A stretch of 64,000 nt of DNA from Thermodesulfobacteriota bacterium (GTDB lineage Bacteria > Desulfobacterota > GWC2-55-46 > JADFVP01): NCBI GenBank assembly GCA_046753845.1, contig JBHHUP010000001.1:13343-77342 (forward strand), written 5' to 3'. Positions within the stretch are counted from its first letter, which is position 1. Every line of letters starts with the position of its first letter. Below, in pieces: positions 10,007 to 20,879 of this stretch. The notes below the pieces were generated by a model, which saw only the letters and a list, made by a program, of their open reading frames with translations, was not told where the DNA came from and searched no databases. A program made the translations under genes and the position numbers.

Positions 10007-11944
10007 TTATTCTACGGCAAAGCCAAGTCTGCCCGGAGTCTTACCGTGTTTTTTCTCTTTGTCAGCCGTCTTTTTAGCGTCTTTTTTCTTGAGCTCACGG
10101 CCGCCGGAGTTTTCCTCGTTCTCACCGGCCTCACTGGGGCCGGAATCTTCTGTTATATTCTTTCCAAGCACAATGGCCTCTATCTCGGCCCTGTCAAGGG
10201 TCTCACGCTCAAGTAGCGCCTCAGCGAGCGTATAAAGTGTCTCGGAGTTGGAGGTAAGAATCTCTATGGCCCGCTCGTAGTGCTCGCTTATAAGCTGCTT
10301 CACCTCGGCGTCTATGATATTGGCCGTATCCTCGCTAAAGTCACGGGACTGGGAGATTTCCTTTCCGAGGAAGATGTGCTCTTCTTTTTTTCCCAGGGTA
10401 AGGGGCCCCACCTTCTCACTCATGCCCCACTCGCAGACCATCTTTCTCGCTATCTCCGTGGCACGCTCGATATCATTGCCCGCTCCCGTGGTCTGATGTT
10501 TCAGCACGAGCTCCTCTGCGGCGCGCCCGCCCATAAGTACGGCTATCTTGTTAATAAGATAATCCCTGCTGTATGTATGCCTCTCGTCAATGGGCAGCTG
10601 CTGCGTAAGCCCGAGGGCCATCCCCCTTGGTATGATAGATACCTTGTGAATGGGGTCTGTGCCGGGGATAAGCATGGCTACAAGTGTGTGGCCGGCCTCG
10701 TGGAAGGCCGTGTCTTTTTTCTCATCATCGCTGATGATCATAGACCTGCGTTCAGTGCCCATAAGGAGCTTGTCCTTGGCATCGTCAAACTCGGTCATCT
10801 CAAGTACGTCTTTGCCGCGTCTTGCGGCCAAGAGGGCCGCCTCGTTAACGAGGTTAGATAGATCGGCTCCAGAGAAACCGGGAGTACCGCGGGCTATGAT
10901 ATCAAGGGCCACGTCCTCGGCAAGAGGGGTCTTTACGGCATGAACCTTAAGTATCTTCTCCCTGCCGTTAAGGTCGGGTTTGGGCACAAGCACATTACGG
11001 TCAAACCTTCCCGGGCGAAGCAGCGCCGGGTCAAGGACATCAGGGCGGTTAGTTGCCGCGATGATGATTACGCCCTCGTTACTCTCAAAACCGTCCATCT
11101 CCACAAGGAGCTGGTTAAGGGTCTGCTCACGCTCATCGTGGCCGCCGCCGAGCCCCGCGCCTCTATGCCGGCCAACAGCGTCTATCTCGTCTATGAATAT
11201 AATACAGGGGGCGTTTTTCTTACCCTGCACAAATAAGTCTCTCACCCTTGAGGCGCCGACGCCTACGAACATCTCCACAAAATCGCTTCCTGATATGGAG
11301 AAAAAGGGCACCCCCGCCTCTCCGGCTATCGCCCGTGCCAGAAGCGTCTTACCCGTACCCGGAGAGCCTACAAGAAGCACACCCTTGGGTATACGCCCGC
11401 CGAGGCGCGTAAATTTTTTCGGATCGCGCAGAAAGTCTATTATCTCCTCAACCTCCTGCTTTGCCTCCTCAACGCCCGCGACGTCCTTGAAGGTAACCTT
11501 ATGCTGGTCCTCCATGAGGAGCTTGGCCTTTGATTTACCGAAACTCATGGCCTTGCCCCCGCCTGACTGCATCTGGCGCATGAAGAATATCCATACGCCG
11601 ATAAGAAGCACCATGGGAAACCACGAGACGAATATAGTGCCCCACGAAGGTGTGTCAACTATGGGCTCGGCCGTAATCCTCACATTATTGCTCCGAAGCT
11701 TTGCAACAAGCTCGGGGTACGATGGCGAGTAGGTCTTGAATGTCTTTCCATCGACGAGTTTACCGGCCAAATCGTTGCCGGTAATGGTCACCTCGGTAAT
11801 GCGGCCCGCCTCAACGTCTTTGATAAAGTCGCTGAAACTCACCATATTAGAGTCCACGTGCTTGTAATTTATAAAGTTGAAGACAAGGACCACTGTGGCG
11901 ATGATGATGAGCCAGAGGGCTATATTTTTATATAAACGGTTCAT
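10007..11944 (-). CDS. ftsH: ATP-dependent zinc metalloprotease FtsH
   Basis: 645 aa with two TM helices, Walker [12 protein letters not shown], the SRH region, and the zinc motif HEAGHTL. Confidence 0.95.
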   Translation of the reverse strand: MNRLYKNIALWLIIIATVVLVFNFINYKHVDSNMVSFSDFIKDVEAGRITEVTITGNDLAGKLVDGKTFKTYSPSYPELVAKLRSNNVRITAEPIVDTPSWGTIFVSWFPMVLLIGVWIFFMRQMQSGGGKAMSFGKSKAKLLMEDQHKVTFKDVAGVEEAKQEVEEIIDFLRDPKKFTRLGGRIPKGVLLVGSPGTGKTLLARAIAGEAGVPFFSISGSDFVEMFVGVGASRVRDLFVQGKKNAPCIIFIDEIDAVGRHRGAGLGGGHDEREQTLNQLLVEMDGFESNEGVIIIAATNRPDVLDPALLRPGRFDRNVLVPKPDLNGREKILKVHAVKTPLAEDVALDIIARGTPGFSGADLSNLVNEAALLAARRGKDVLEMTEFDDAKDKLLMGTERRSMIISDDEKKDTAFHEAGHTLVAMLIPGTDPIHKVSIIPRGMALGLTQQLPIDERHTYSRDYLINKIAVLMGGRAAEELVLKHQTTGAGNDIERATEIARKMVCEWGMSEKVGPLTLGKKEEHIFLGKEISQSRDFSEDTANIIDAEVKQLISEHYERAIEILTSNSETLYTLAEALLERETLDRAEIEAIVLGKNITEDSGPSEAGENEENSGGRELKKKDAKKTADKEKKHGKTPGRLGFAVE

Positions 11945-12112
11945 TCTAAGTCCTTTTTAAGAGAGGGCGTCACGGATTCGGACGCAGTTAGCTACTTTAA
12001 TATTTAATTATTTCACACATCGTAGTTTTATTCAATAGAAAACTTCTTATTTAACGCATATTATGGGGAAGATGGAGGGTGCTTTTCAAGACCCTCAAGA
12101 GCCTTCTGAGTT

Positions 12113-12946
12113 TTAGTAATTTCTATCAATAAAGGCCGCGCGCGCAACGGCCGCGCTGAAGAGAAATATGGCCGCCGTAAAAAACATCCATAGAAGCAGT
12201 ATCATAATGGTACCAAGAGAGCCGTAGAGCCTGTTATATGTGGGAAAATAATAGAGGTAAAGTGTAAAACCCCACTTCGCGAGCTCCCATATGAAGGAAA
12301 AGATAAGGCTGCCGAAAAAGGCGTAACGGAGATAAAGCTCGGGACCTGAGAATATCTTGAAGACAACGGTAACAGCTACTACTACGAGTACAAAGGGAAA
12401 GACATACTTCAGGGCTAATATCTCAAGGACATATCCCGCCATGTCAAGGCCCGGCAGGCTGAAGGTAGCGCTCTCCACTACACCCATGGCCGCCGTGACG
12501 ATTATTGAGGCAAATACTGCGAAGACAGCCAGGAGTATTACAAAGACGTTTGTAATCCTTTTTCGCACAAAACCGTACCTGCCGCCTATCTCGAAGATGG
12601 CCGAGAGGGCGTCGGCTACGGCGTTAAGTACGAGCTCGGCGGAAAATACAAGGGCAACGATGCTTACCCACCCAAAGGTCCTGCCGTGGGCCACCACACC
12701 CTTCAACTCCTCAATAACACTGCCGTCAAGGTAGGGCAGGCTTATGCGCGCCGTCTTTATCACCTCATCAAGCATATCCCCCCTTGAACCGAGTATAAAA
12801 CCCAGGGCATAGGTGACGAGAAACATCATGGGGATGAGTGAGAAAAAGGCATAAAAGGATATGGCCGCGGCCCTCTGAATACAGGACTTATCAGAGAAGA
12901 TTCCCGCGCTGTCGCGAAGCACAATAAAGACCTTCCTGTGCGCCAC
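12113..12946 (-). CDS. YihY/BrkB-family inner membrane protein
   Basis: 277 aa, polytopic, with AAAISFYAFFSLIPMMFL near the N-terminus, typical of the YihY (formerly RNase BN) family. Confidence 0.7.
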   Translation of the reverse strand: MAHRKVFIVLRDSAGIFSDKSCIQRAAAISFYAFFSLIPMMFLVTYALGFILGSRGDMLDEVIKTARISLPYLDGSVIEELKGVVAHGRTFGWVSIVALVFSAELVLNAVADALSAIFEIGGRYGFVRKRITNVFVILLAVFAVFASIIVTAAMGVVESATFSLPGLDMAGYVLEILALKYVFPFVLVVVAVTVVFKIFSGPELYLRYAFFGSLIFSFIWELAKWGFTLYLYYFPTYNRLYGSLGTIMILLLWMFFTAAIFLFSAAVARAAFIDRNY

Positions 12947-12948
12947 CG

Positions 12949-14283
12949 TTAATGCCTCCGCCTAAAGACAAACCTCAGCGGTACCTGATCGAGCTCAAGG
13001 GCGGCCCGCATGGATTTTTCCAAATAGCGTTTATACGAATCCTTCAGCCCCTCGGGTTTATTAACAAATATGATGAAGGCCGGAGGCGCGGCTCCGAGCT
13101 GAGTGGCATAATAAAACTTCACAGGCTTATGCCTGTAGAGGGGCGGCCTGTGTACCTCTGTTATCTCCCGAAGGGCCGCGTTAAGGCGCGAGGTGCTTAT
13201 CTTTTTTCCCACCTCACCAAGTACTCCCTCTGCAGCGGGCAGGATCCTCTCCACCCGCCGGGAGGTCAGGGCCGATACAAAGACAATAGGGGCGTAATAT
13301 ATAAAGGCCAGCCTCTCTCTTATATCCTCTTCCACAAGGGCCATGGTATGGGTGTCTTTTTCCACGATATCCCACTTATTAACCACTATAAGGCAGGGTT
13401 TTTTGCGCTCCTCTATAATACCGGCGATGCGCTCGTCCTGCGTCCTTATACCGGCCTTGCCGTCAAGGACAAGGAGCGTTATATCAGAGCGCTCCATGCT
13501 CCTGATAGCCTCGAGCACGCAGTAAGACTCTACGGTCTGGCTTACCTTATGCTTTTTTCTAATACCCGCGGTATCAATAAAGAGGTAATCACGGCCCCCG
13601 AGACTCACGGGGGTATCAATGGAGTCGCGCGTGGTGCCCGCCATATCGCTTACAAGAGAACGCTTGCGCCCGATAAGCCTGTTAAGAAGAGAGGACTTTC
13701 CTACGTTGGGCCTGCCCACTATGGCAAGGGCGGTGCGCGAGGTATCATCAGAGACCGAATCAAAGACAGGCAATACCTCCTCAAGGGCATCAGTGAGCTC
13801 GGGGATATTAAGGCCGTGCTCGGCGCTAACCCCTATGACCCTCTCAACGCCAAGGCCGTAAAACTCCGCGAGCAGGGCCTCCCGTGAGGGCGAGTCAATC
13901 TTATTAACGGCATAGATTACGGGTTTACCGGCCTTTCTGAGTATTGCGGCTATCTCTCGATCACCGTGGCCAAGCCCTGCCTTACCGTCCATAAGAAAGA
14001 CAATGACATCGGCCTCCTCAATGGCAAAACGGGCCTGAGTCCGCACATCGTTCATTATCCCCTCGGCGGAAACCTCGAACCCGCCCGTATCAACTATGGT
14101 AAAAGGCACGTCCGCGTCCTCGATATCAGCGTAATTAAGATCACGGGTAACACCGGAAAGGTCGGCTACAATCGCCTTCTTCCTCCCCAGTATCCTGTTA
14201 AAGAGCGTGGATTTACCCACATTGGCCCGCCCAACAATAGCCACCAGGGGGCGTGCGCCCCTTTTATTGTTATTAACTCTCAA
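12949..14283 (-). CDS. der: ribosome-biogenesis GTPase Der (EngA)
   Basis: Two tandem G domains (GRANVGKSTLFNR and GRPNVGKSSLLNR) plus a KH-like C-terminus. The track ORF extends to 14355. I place the start at TTG 14283 (LRVNNNKRGARPLVAIVG), which has AAAGGAG 5 nt upstream. The longer form would run into the hairpin repeat. Confidence 0.88.
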   Translation of the reverse strand: MRVNNNKRGARPLVAIVGRANVGKSTLFNRILGRKKAIVADLSGVTRDLNYADIEDADVPFTIVDTGGFEVSAEGIMNDVRTQARFAIEEADVIVFLMDGKAGLGHGDREIAAILRKAGKPVIYAVNKIDSPSREALLAEFYGLGVERVIGVSAEHGLNIPELTDALEEVLPVFDSVSDDTSRTALAIVGRPNVGKSSLLNRLIGRKRSLVSDMAGTTRDSIDTPVSLGGRDYLFIDTAGIRKKHKVSQTVESYCVLEAIRSMERSDITLLVLDGKAGIRTQDERIAGIIEERKKPCLIVVNKWDIVEKDTHTMALVEEDIRERLAFIYYAPIVFVSALTSRRVERILPAAEGVLGEVGKKISTSRLNAALREITEVHRPPLYRHKPVKFYYATQLGAAPPAFIIFVNKPEGLKDSYKRYLEKSMRAALELDQVPLRFVFRRRH

Positions 14284-14349
14284 TATTGCTCCTTTATGCC
14301 GCAGATAAATGGCGGGCAGGAGAGGCAAGTTCAGCGCCCTTACACTCTG

Positions 14350-14400
14350 CCCCATTTTGGTTTTCTTTGCCCCGCTTTCTTTTTTCCAAAAGAAAGCGGG
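14350..14400. repeat. single copy of the hairpin-repeat family, in the era-der spacer
   Basis: ccccattttggttttctttgc followed by the perfect hairpin cccgctttctttt-ttcc-aaaagaaagcggg (14371-14400). Confidence 0.7.
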
Positions 14401-14440
14401 AGGGCCTTAACGTACTTTCTTATTGATATAAGAAAGCGGG

Positions 14441-15316
14441 TTAATACCCGAATTCTCTAAGGCTCCGTTCGTTGCCTGTCCAGTCTTTTTTCACACGCAC
14501 AAAGAGTTCAAGGTAGACTTTTGCACCAAGAAACCTCTCAATCTCGCCCCTTGCCTGCGTGCCTATTTTTTTCAGCATGGCCCCCTGTTTGCCGATTATT
14601 ATCCCCTTCTGCGAGTCTCTCTCAACGTTTATAACGGCCCTTATGGAGATGACCTTGCGGCCTTCCTTGAACTCCTCTACCATTACCGCCGTTGAGTAGG
14701 GTATCTCCTGCCTTGTAAGCCTGAAGACCTTCTCGCGCACCATCTCCGATACCACAAAACGCTCGGGCTGGTCGGTGACCATATCCGCGGGGAAAAAAGG
14801 CGGTCCCTCCGGGAGCACTGCTTTTAAAAGACTTAAGAGCATCTCCAGCCCCTGCCCCTTAAGGGCTGATATGGGGAGGATTTCGTGAAAGGGATAGAGC
14901 GACTTGTAGCCCTCTATTACGGGAAGGATATCATCGCGCCTTATGGTATCTACCTTATTGGGACAGAGTATTACAGGGGCGCGCGTACTCTTCAATGCCT
15001 TTATTATGGAGATATCACCCCGGGCAGGCGGGACCGCCTCAACAAGGAGCACAAGGGCGTCTACGTCTTTTATGGAGTTCATGGCCTCGCGCAGCATAAA
15101 ACTCGATAAGGCCCCCCGGCCCTTGTGAATACCCGGGGTATCGAGAAAGACGATCTGTCCCTCCGTGATATTTTTAACGCCCTTGATGACATTACGTGTC
15201 GTCTGCGCCCGTTTTGAGACAATGGATATCTTCTCGCCGAGAAGGGCGTTAAGCAGTGTGGATTTACCTGTATTGGGCCGCCCTATTATGGAGACGAAGC
15301 CCGATGTAAAGGCCAT
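14441..15316 (-). CDS. era: GTPase Era
   Basis: 291 aa with GRPNTGKSTLLN and DTPG motifs and a KH domain at the C-terminus (VERDSQKGIIIGKQG). Confidence 0.9.
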   Translation of the reverse strand: MAFTSGFVSIIGRPNTGKSTLLNALLGEKISIVSKRAQTTRNVIKGVKNITEGQIVFLDTPGIHKGRGALSSFMLREAMNSIKDVDALVLLVEAVPPARGDISIIKALKSTRAPVILCPNKVDTIRRDDILPVIEGYKSLYPFHEILPISALKGQGLEMLLSLLKAVLPEGPPFFPADMVTDQPERFVVSEMVREKVFRLTRQEIPYSTAVMVEEFKEGRKVISIRAVINVERDSQKGIIIGKQGAMLKKIGTQARGEIERFLGAKVYLELFVRVKKDWTGNERSLREFGY

Positions 15317-15346
15317 AATTATTCCTGCCTTAAAGAGTTTATTTTT

Positions 15347-16828
15347 TTAAAGAATATCATCAGAGACCTGCCCTGTCAAAGACGCAGGAGAGGAGCTCGG
15401 GGATTCACCCCGCGTTGCCGCTCTTCGCGAGTCCGGCCAGATGTTTGATATGACAAGGGCCGCGGCGAAATAGACAAGGGGGAGATAGGTAAGGGTATTT
15501 CTGTGTATTCCCGTCTCCTCCGTGACGGCGGTTATCTCAAGGGTAAGATAGATGAATAGAAACATGGATGATACGAGAAGGATAATCACGTAAAGATACT
15601 TTAACCTTGAGCTTATGATGGTTCGAAGAGCGATGAGGCTCGCTATTATCCAGAGCGGAAAGATAAGGTTGTAGTTTGCCGTAAAAAATATCTCCCTGAA
15701 AGCTATTCCCAGCACCTCCCAGTGCATGCCGCTGCTGACGGCATCGGGATCCAGGGGGTTGCTGCTAAACCATTGAAAGCCTGAAGAGGGGCCGCTGTGA
15801 CCGGAACCAATGCCGTGATGGTACTTAAAGAGCATCCATGGGCCGGCTATGATAATAAAGGGGAGAATAAAACCCGCCAGAGGGGCGATGAATGACCTTT
15901 TTCTCGTAAATAGATAGAGCACAAGGGCGGCCCCGCCGGCAAGAGCGAAGAAGATTCCCTCGTTTTTTACAAACATGGCCATGGCAAGAAATATCCCTCC
16001 GAGGACAAGGTAGGAGAGTAAGTCGTCCTTAAAAAACCTCCATAAGGCCACCGTGCCTGAGAGGGCGAAAAAACATAGCGGCAGATCGGCATAGGCGTCC
16101 TGGCCGTGTACGGTAAATATAGGCACACCAGCCATGAAAAAGACGGTGATAAGGGCGTAATATGACCCTGCCTCTCTCTTAACTCCGTAATAGAGCAAAC
16201 CGAGGACACCGGCAAAATAAAGGGGCCCCGGGGCCTTTACATATACCTCATGAAACAAACCAAGCACGAGGGCTATCCATGTCTGCAGGAGGGATAGATG
16301 CAGGGGATGGCCGATAAAGTACCTGTAGCCGCGACCTAAAAAGTGCTCATTTGAGGCATCAAGGAAGAGCCCGGCTTTGTAGTAAAAAAACTTGCCCGCG
16401 ATAGCCCAGTTAAGAAAACTATCATAAGAGAATACGGGACGTGTAAGGGACTCATAAAAGACAAAACCTGTCTTCGCCGCAACCCAGAGAACCATGATGA
16501 TGGTAAGGTAAAGCCTCAGCCCATGCAGACCCTGCCCCTTAGTACCGGGCATGGCAAGGCCACGGGCCTTTAGCCCGGTGCGGGCGAGGAAAAAAAAGAG
16601 GGCAGTAAAAACCGCAACAGGCAGTCCCGCTGTGACCACGGTAAAGGGCAGACCGAGAAGACCGAGTAAAAGCATCTCAAAGGCCGTAAAACCAAGACCC
16701 GCGCCTATGCCAAAAGTCACGGCCTCGAATATACTAAGCTCGGCGTCAGCGCGCAGCAGCCAACGTATAAAAAAGGTTCCGCCGGCAACAGGAAGCGCCA
16801 TGGAAAGTATAAGCAGGAATAACTCCAT
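15347..16828 (-). CDS. polytopic (~13 TM) membrane protein of unknown family, paralog of 18144..19550 (B2)
   Basis: 493 aa. It shares long identical blocks with B1: AGGTFFIRWLLR, FIGHPLHL, HGQDAYADLPLCF, FVKNEG, FTANYNLIFPLWIIA, GIHRNTLTYLP. A YDSFLNWA loop after TM4 is reminiscent of GT-C glycosyltransferases, but that is inference only. The start is 4 nt after the stop of the upstream partner. Confidence 0.6.
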   Translation of the reverse strand: MELFLLILSMALPVAGGTFFIRWLLRADAELSIFEAVTFGIGAGLGFTAFEMLLLGLLGLPFTVVTAGLPVAVFTALFFFLARTGLKARGLAMPGTKGQGLHGLRLYLTIIMVLWVAAKTGFVFYESLTRPVFSYDSFLNWAIAGKFFYYKAGLFLDASNEHFLGRGYRYFIGHPLHLSLLQTWIALVLGLFHEVYVKAPGPLYFAGVLGLLYYGVKREAGSYYALITVFFMAGVPIFTVHGQDAYADLPLCFFALSGTVALWRFFKDDLLSYLVLGGIFLAMAMFVKNEGIFFALAGGAALVLYLFTRKRSFIAPLAGFILPFIIIAGPWMLFKYHHGIGSGHSGPSSGFQWFSSNPLDPDAVSSGMHWEVLGIAFREIFFTANYNLIFPLWIIASLIALRTIISSRLKYLYVIILLVSSMFLFIYLTLEITAVTEETGIHRNTLTYLPLVYFAAALVISNIWPDSRRAATRGESPSSSPASLTGQVSDDIL

Positions 16829-16832
16829 AATC

Positions 16833-17969
16833 TTATTTAATCACCTCGTAGATCGCAGCGTTAACGGCATATTTCGCAAAGACCCTCACCCTCGGGGCTA
16901 TGAGTTTTCCCTTAACGTCATAGAGCGCGCCGGTAACGGGATCAAGGCGAAGGGACTCGCCGTATGACCAGAGAAGATCGGCCTCGCGGGAGGTCTCAGT
17001 AGGCAGGAGATAATATCTCGCTATAATGGCCAAGGCGTTTTTATATCCTATGCCTGCCGGACGAAGAGACCTGCCCGGGGGCACAACGCCCCTGGCGAAC
17101 TCGATAAAATCAAAAAAACTATCGAAATCTCTATTGTACACAATGTCTATTCTCTCTCCCACGTCCGCACCGGAAAAAACCTTCACATCATCGCGCCATA
17201 TGTTCAGCCAGTTATAATCCATCCTCACGATAAAGATGCCCCCTGTTAGAATAGCGATCATAATAAAGACCCTTGATGCCCTCCGCGGTAAAAAACGCTG
17301 CCCTGAGTATCTTACAAATAAAAAGGCGGCCGCAAATGCCACTGCCGCAAGGACGTAGAGCATAGTTATAAAACCAATGCCCCCAACTGAAGGCGTGGTG
17401 ACAAAACCCACAGTTGCCCCGGTGATAAAATCAGGCTTCCAGAACTCTCCCCAGAGCATGGAGGCAACCCCCATGGCCCCGGGTTCATATAGACGCAGGC
17501 TATCGAGGCGCACCTTCATTGTCTCCTGTGTGTAAAACTCTACGACAAAGTCATTTATATAGTTCTCTGCCCCCTCAAGCTTTCCAAAATAAAGAGAGAG
17601 GTCTGTAGCCTCATCACTACCGTCAAGGACCTGCACCTTTACGACCTTATGGATTACCCTGCCATGGGCGTCCTTGAGGCTGATCTTGGCAAGAAGGCTC
17701 TTGGGGGCCTTAAAGCTAAGCTCCATGGCCAGACGCCGAAGCGGCGCAGTAAAACCCGCAGGAGGGCTTATAGTCACATAGTTATTACCTTTTAAAAAGA
17801 GTCCGCCATCGGTAAAAAAGGCCTCATCAACGTGCTCGAAACGCCACCCTGCAACTGCCGCGGCGTTATTGAAGGCGTAGCCGAAGTCTGCCCCATATGC
17901 CGCCGCCGGCAAGAGAGAGAAGAGGCTCATCAGGAAAAAAAGAACCGATATGGAAGTTACTGGTCTCAT
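16833..17969 (-). CDS. signal-peptide protein with two periplasmic domains and a central TM hairpin, unknown family, paralog of 19555..20706 (A2)
   Basis: 378 aa. The signal peptide ends LLPAAAYGA. It shares blocks with A1: LKGNNYVTISPPAGFTAPL, RMDYNWLNIWRDDVK, and C-terminal LIAPRVRVFAKYAVNAAIYEVIK. Confidence 0.6.
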   Translation of the reverse strand: MRPVTSISVLFFLMSLFSLLPAAAYGADFGYAFNNAAAVAGWRFEHVDEAFFTDGGLFLKGNNYVTISPPAGFTAPLRRLAMELSFKAPKSLLAKISLKDAHGRVIHKVVKVQVLDGSDEATDLSLYFGKLEGAENYINDFVVEFYTQETMKVRLDSLRLYEPGAMGVASMLWGEFWKPDFITGATVGFVTTPSVGGIGFITMLYVLAAVAFAAAFLFVRYSGQRFLPRRASRVFIMIAILTGGIFIVRMDYNWLNIWRDDVKVFSGADVGERIDIVYNRDFDSFFDFIEFARGVVPPGRSLRPAGIGYKNALAIIARYYLLPTETSREADLLWSYGESLRLDPVTGALYDVKGKLIAPRVRVFAKYAVNAAIYEVIK

Positions 17970-18067
17970 AGACTTAATCGCGGGTTACCCCTGTAACCAG
18001 TGGAGATAAGCGGATAAGGAGAAAAGAAGGCCCCCTAAGGAGCTGGTCTTTATGAAAAATTTTTTTT

Positions 18068-18096
18068 AGTATAACACCGGCCATCCCCACTGTCAA
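18068..18096 (-). promoter_or_regulatory. sigma-70-type promoter for the second A/B module
   Basis: Minus strand TTGACA (18096-91), a 17-nt spacer, then TATACT (18073-68). It lies in the 174-bp gap between B1 and A2. Confidence 0.5.
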
Positions 18097-18143
18097 AAAA
18101 CTTCATAAGGCATGGAAGGGGAGACGGGTAAAGGGGGCGGAGG

Positions 18144-19550
18144 CTATGATTCACAGCCCTTATCGGGCCAGACCCTTGATAAGGCAAGGGCAGCGGCAAA
18201 ATACACAATGGGAAGATAGGTAAGGGTATTTCTGTGAATACCAGTCTGCTCCGTAACGGCCGTGACCTCCAGCGTAAGGTAAACAAAGGTGAACATGGAG
18301 ACAAGAAAGAGAATCATCAAATAAAGATACTTGAGCTCGGTTTTAATAATGGTACGAAGAGCGGTGATACCGGCGATTATCCATAGAGGGAAGATTAGAT
18401 TGTAATTGGCAGTAAAGAATGTGTACCTGAAAGCGAGCGAGAGGACCTCCCAGTGTACGCCGTAACCTGCCTTGCCGGAATAAAAGGGGTCGCTGAACCA
18501 TTTTAACCCTGAAGATGCGCCGCTATGCCCGAAACCAATGCCGTAATAATATTTAAAGAGCAGCCATGGCCCGGCGATAAGGATAAAGGGCATAATAAAA
18601 CCTGCCAGAGGGGTGATAAATGACCTTTTTCTCATAAATAGATAGAGTAGGAGGACGGCTCCGGCGGCAGCGGCGAAAAAGAGGCCCTCGTTCTTTACGA
18701 AGATGGCCATGGCAAAAAATATCCCCGAGAGGACAAGATAGGGTTGTGAATCGCCTCGAAAAAATCTCCATAGGGCCACCGTGCCAAGAAGGGCATAAAA
18801 ACACAGGGGCAGATCAGCATAGGCGTCCTGGCCGTGGGCCGTAAATATCGGTGCCGTTGAGATGAAAAAGGCGGTAAGAAGGGCGTAAAATGGCCCGGCC
18901 TCTCTCTTAACGCCGCAGTAGAGCACAGCGATAACCCCGAAAAAATAAAGGGCCCCCGGGGCCTTGATATAGAGCTCGTGAAAGCGGCCTATGGCAAGGG
19001 ATATCCATGTCTGCAGGAGGGGCAGATGCAGGGGATGGCCGATAAAAAACCTGTAGCCGCGTCCGAAAAAGTGCTCCTTAGAGGTATCAAGGAAGAGTCC
19101 GGCCTTGTAGAAAAAAAACTTGCCCGAGACGGCCCAGTTAATAAAGCTGTCAACAGAGTCAAGGGGGCGGACAAGGGACTCGTAAAAGACAAAACCCGTC
19201 TTTGCCGCAATCCACAGGGCCATGACGATTGCAAGGTAAAGCCTCCACCCCCGAAGTTCGTAGCCCTTAAGAGAGGCGGCTGCGGGGGAGCCTTTACCCG
19301 CGCGGGAGAGGACGAAGAAGATAAGGGTAAAACCCGCGATCGGCAGCCCCGCCGAGACCAATGTAAAGGGGACTCGGAAGAGGCCGAGTATAAACATCAG
19401 AGAGGCCGTAAAACCAAGGCCCAGCCCCATGCCGAATACAAGGGCCTCCGCAGACCCCAGAGCGGCATCAGAGCGAAGGAGCCAGCGGATAAAAAAAGTC
19501 CCGCCGGCTATAGGGAGAGTCATGGACAGGATAAGGTAGATAAACTCCAT
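18144..19550 (-). CDS. polytopic membrane protein, paralog of 15347..16828 (B1)
   Basis: 468 aa. See B2 for the shared blocks. The ATG lies 4 nt after the A1 stop. Confidence 0.6.
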   Translation of the reverse strand: MEFIYLILSMTLPIAGGTFFIRWLLRSDAALGSAEALVFGMGLGLGFTASLMFILGLFRVPFTLVSAGLPIAGFTLIFFVLSRAGKGSPAAASLKGYELRGWRLYLAIVMALWIAAKTGFVFYESLVRPLDSVDSFINWAVSGKFFFYKAGLFLDTSKEHFFGRGYRFFIGHPLHLPLLQTWISLAIGRFHELYIKAPGALYFFGVIAVLYCGVKREAGPFYALLTAFFISTAPIFTAHGQDAYADLPLCFYALLGTVALWRFFRGDSQPYLVLSGIFFAMAIFVKNEGLFFAAAAGAVLLLYLFMRKRSFITPLAGFIMPFILIAGPWLLFKYYYGIGFGHSGASSGLKWFSDPFYSGKAGYGVHWEVLSLAFRYTFFTANYNLIFPLWIIAGITALRTIIKTELKYLYLMILFLVSMFTFVYLTLEVTAVTEQTGIHRNTLTYLPIVYFAAALALSRVWPDKGCES

Positions 19551-19554
19551 GGCC

Positions 19555-20706
19555 TTATTTAATCACCTCGTATATGGCCGCGTTCTCGGCGTATGCGGCA
19601 AAGAGCCTCACTCTCGGCGCTATGAGCTTTCCACGGCCGTCATAAAGCGCGCCTGAGCCGGGGTCAAGGCGAAGGGACTCGCCGAAGGACCAGAGAAGGT
19701 CGGCCTCGCCGGATTCCTCAAGGGGGAGCATATAGTACCGCGCAAGGGCCGCCAAAGGCGTATCCAGGCCCAAGACGGCCGGACGCAGCACCCTGCCCTC
19801 GGGGACGGTTCTCTTTACGAACTCGATAAAATCAAAGAATTTATCAAAGTTCCTGTTGTTGACAATACGTGTCCTCTCTCTCAGGTCCTTGCCGGCAAGG
19901 GTCTTTACGTGGTCTCTCCAGACAATGGCCCAGCCGTAGTCCATCCTGAAGGCAAAAACAAAAGCGGCTGCAAGAAATATTATAACAAGAACTCTTGAAA
20001 TCGCGCGCAAAGTAAAAGACCTTCCCGCTGCTCTGTAAGAGGCCGTAACAACAAGAAAGGCAAGGGCCGCCAGGACATAAAGCATGGTCATAAAACCAAC
20101 TCGCCCTGCCTGTGGTGTAGCCACAAAACCCAGTATGGAGCCCGTAATAAAATCAGGTCTCCAGAACTCCTCCCATAATACGGAGGCAAGCCCCAGACTC
20201 GTCGGCTCATAAAGACGAAGGTTATAAAGAACGACATTGATGTTCTCAAGGCTGTAAAATTCTACTACAAAGTTATTGATGGGTGCCCCTGACGCGCCGC
20301 CAGCGTGCCTGCCGAAATATACTCGCAGATGCGTCTCATCATCACTGCCGTCAAGGACCTTCACCCTTACTGTCTTACGGGCCTCCCAGCCGTCGGAGGC
20401 ACCTATCCTGATATTGGATACCATGCTTTTTGTGGTCTTGAACCTTAGCTCCATGACCACACGGGAAAGCGGCGCGCTGAACCCGGCAGGCGGGGATATC
20501 CTCACATAGTTATTGCCTTTCAGCAAAAGTCCGCCTCCGGTAAGAGAGACCTCGTTCACATGCTCGATATGCCACCTCGATACGGCCTCATAGGTATTAA
20601 AGACAAAGCCGTCCCCCTGGCCATGAACCGACGGAGGCGTGACAATAAAGATACTCAAGAGAAAAAAAAGGAAAGATATGGAGGCGGTATGAGCGGCCCG
20701 GTTCAT
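19555..20706 (-). CDS. signal-peptide / TM-hairpin protein, paralog of 16833..17969 (A1)
   Basis: The track ORF starts at TTG 20820. The paralog alignment and the signal peptide (MNRAAHTASISFLFFLLSIFIVTPPSVHG) favour ATG 20706. Confidence 0.55.
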   Translation of the reverse strand: MNRAAHTASISFLFFLLSIFIVTPPSVHGQGDGFVFNTYEAVSRWHIEHVNEVSLTGGGLLLKGNNYVRISPPAGFSAPLSRVVMELRFKTTKSMVSNIRIGASDGWEARKTVRVKVLDGSDDETHLRVYFGRHAGGASGAPINNFVVEFYSLENINVVLYNLRLYEPTSLGLASVLWEEFWRPDFITGSILGFVATPQAGRVGFMTMLYVLAALAFLVVTASYRAAGRSFTLRAISRVLVIIFLAAAFVFAFRMDYGWAIVWRDHVKTLAGKDLRERTRIVNNRNFDKFFDFIEFVKRTVPEGRVLRPAVLGLDTPLAALARYYMLPLEESGEADLLWSFGESLRLDPGSGALYDGRGKLIAPRVRLFAAYAENAAIYEVIK

Positions 20707-20879
20707 ATGCCCTTTACCGGCTGAAGCATATAAGGCCTCTCTGATGGAGGCAGAGAAATAATACAAGGATTCTGCCCACCGCAAAGACCGCGGCAGAGAC
20801 AATACTGAGAGTGATGGCAATTATGCAAGAGAGAGTTTTTTTTCATGGCCCCCCATATATTAAGATGTCTAAAAAATAT

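Noticed and set aside
14284-14355. N-terminal extensions of track ORFs: der to 14355, modA to 47758, deoB to 49245, GntR to 25806, crcB to 27838, A1 to 20820 and acpS to 4938.
   Set aside because: In each case an internal start with a better SD coincides with the conserved family N-terminus or signal peptide. The extension would run through repeats, promoters or neighbouring genes.
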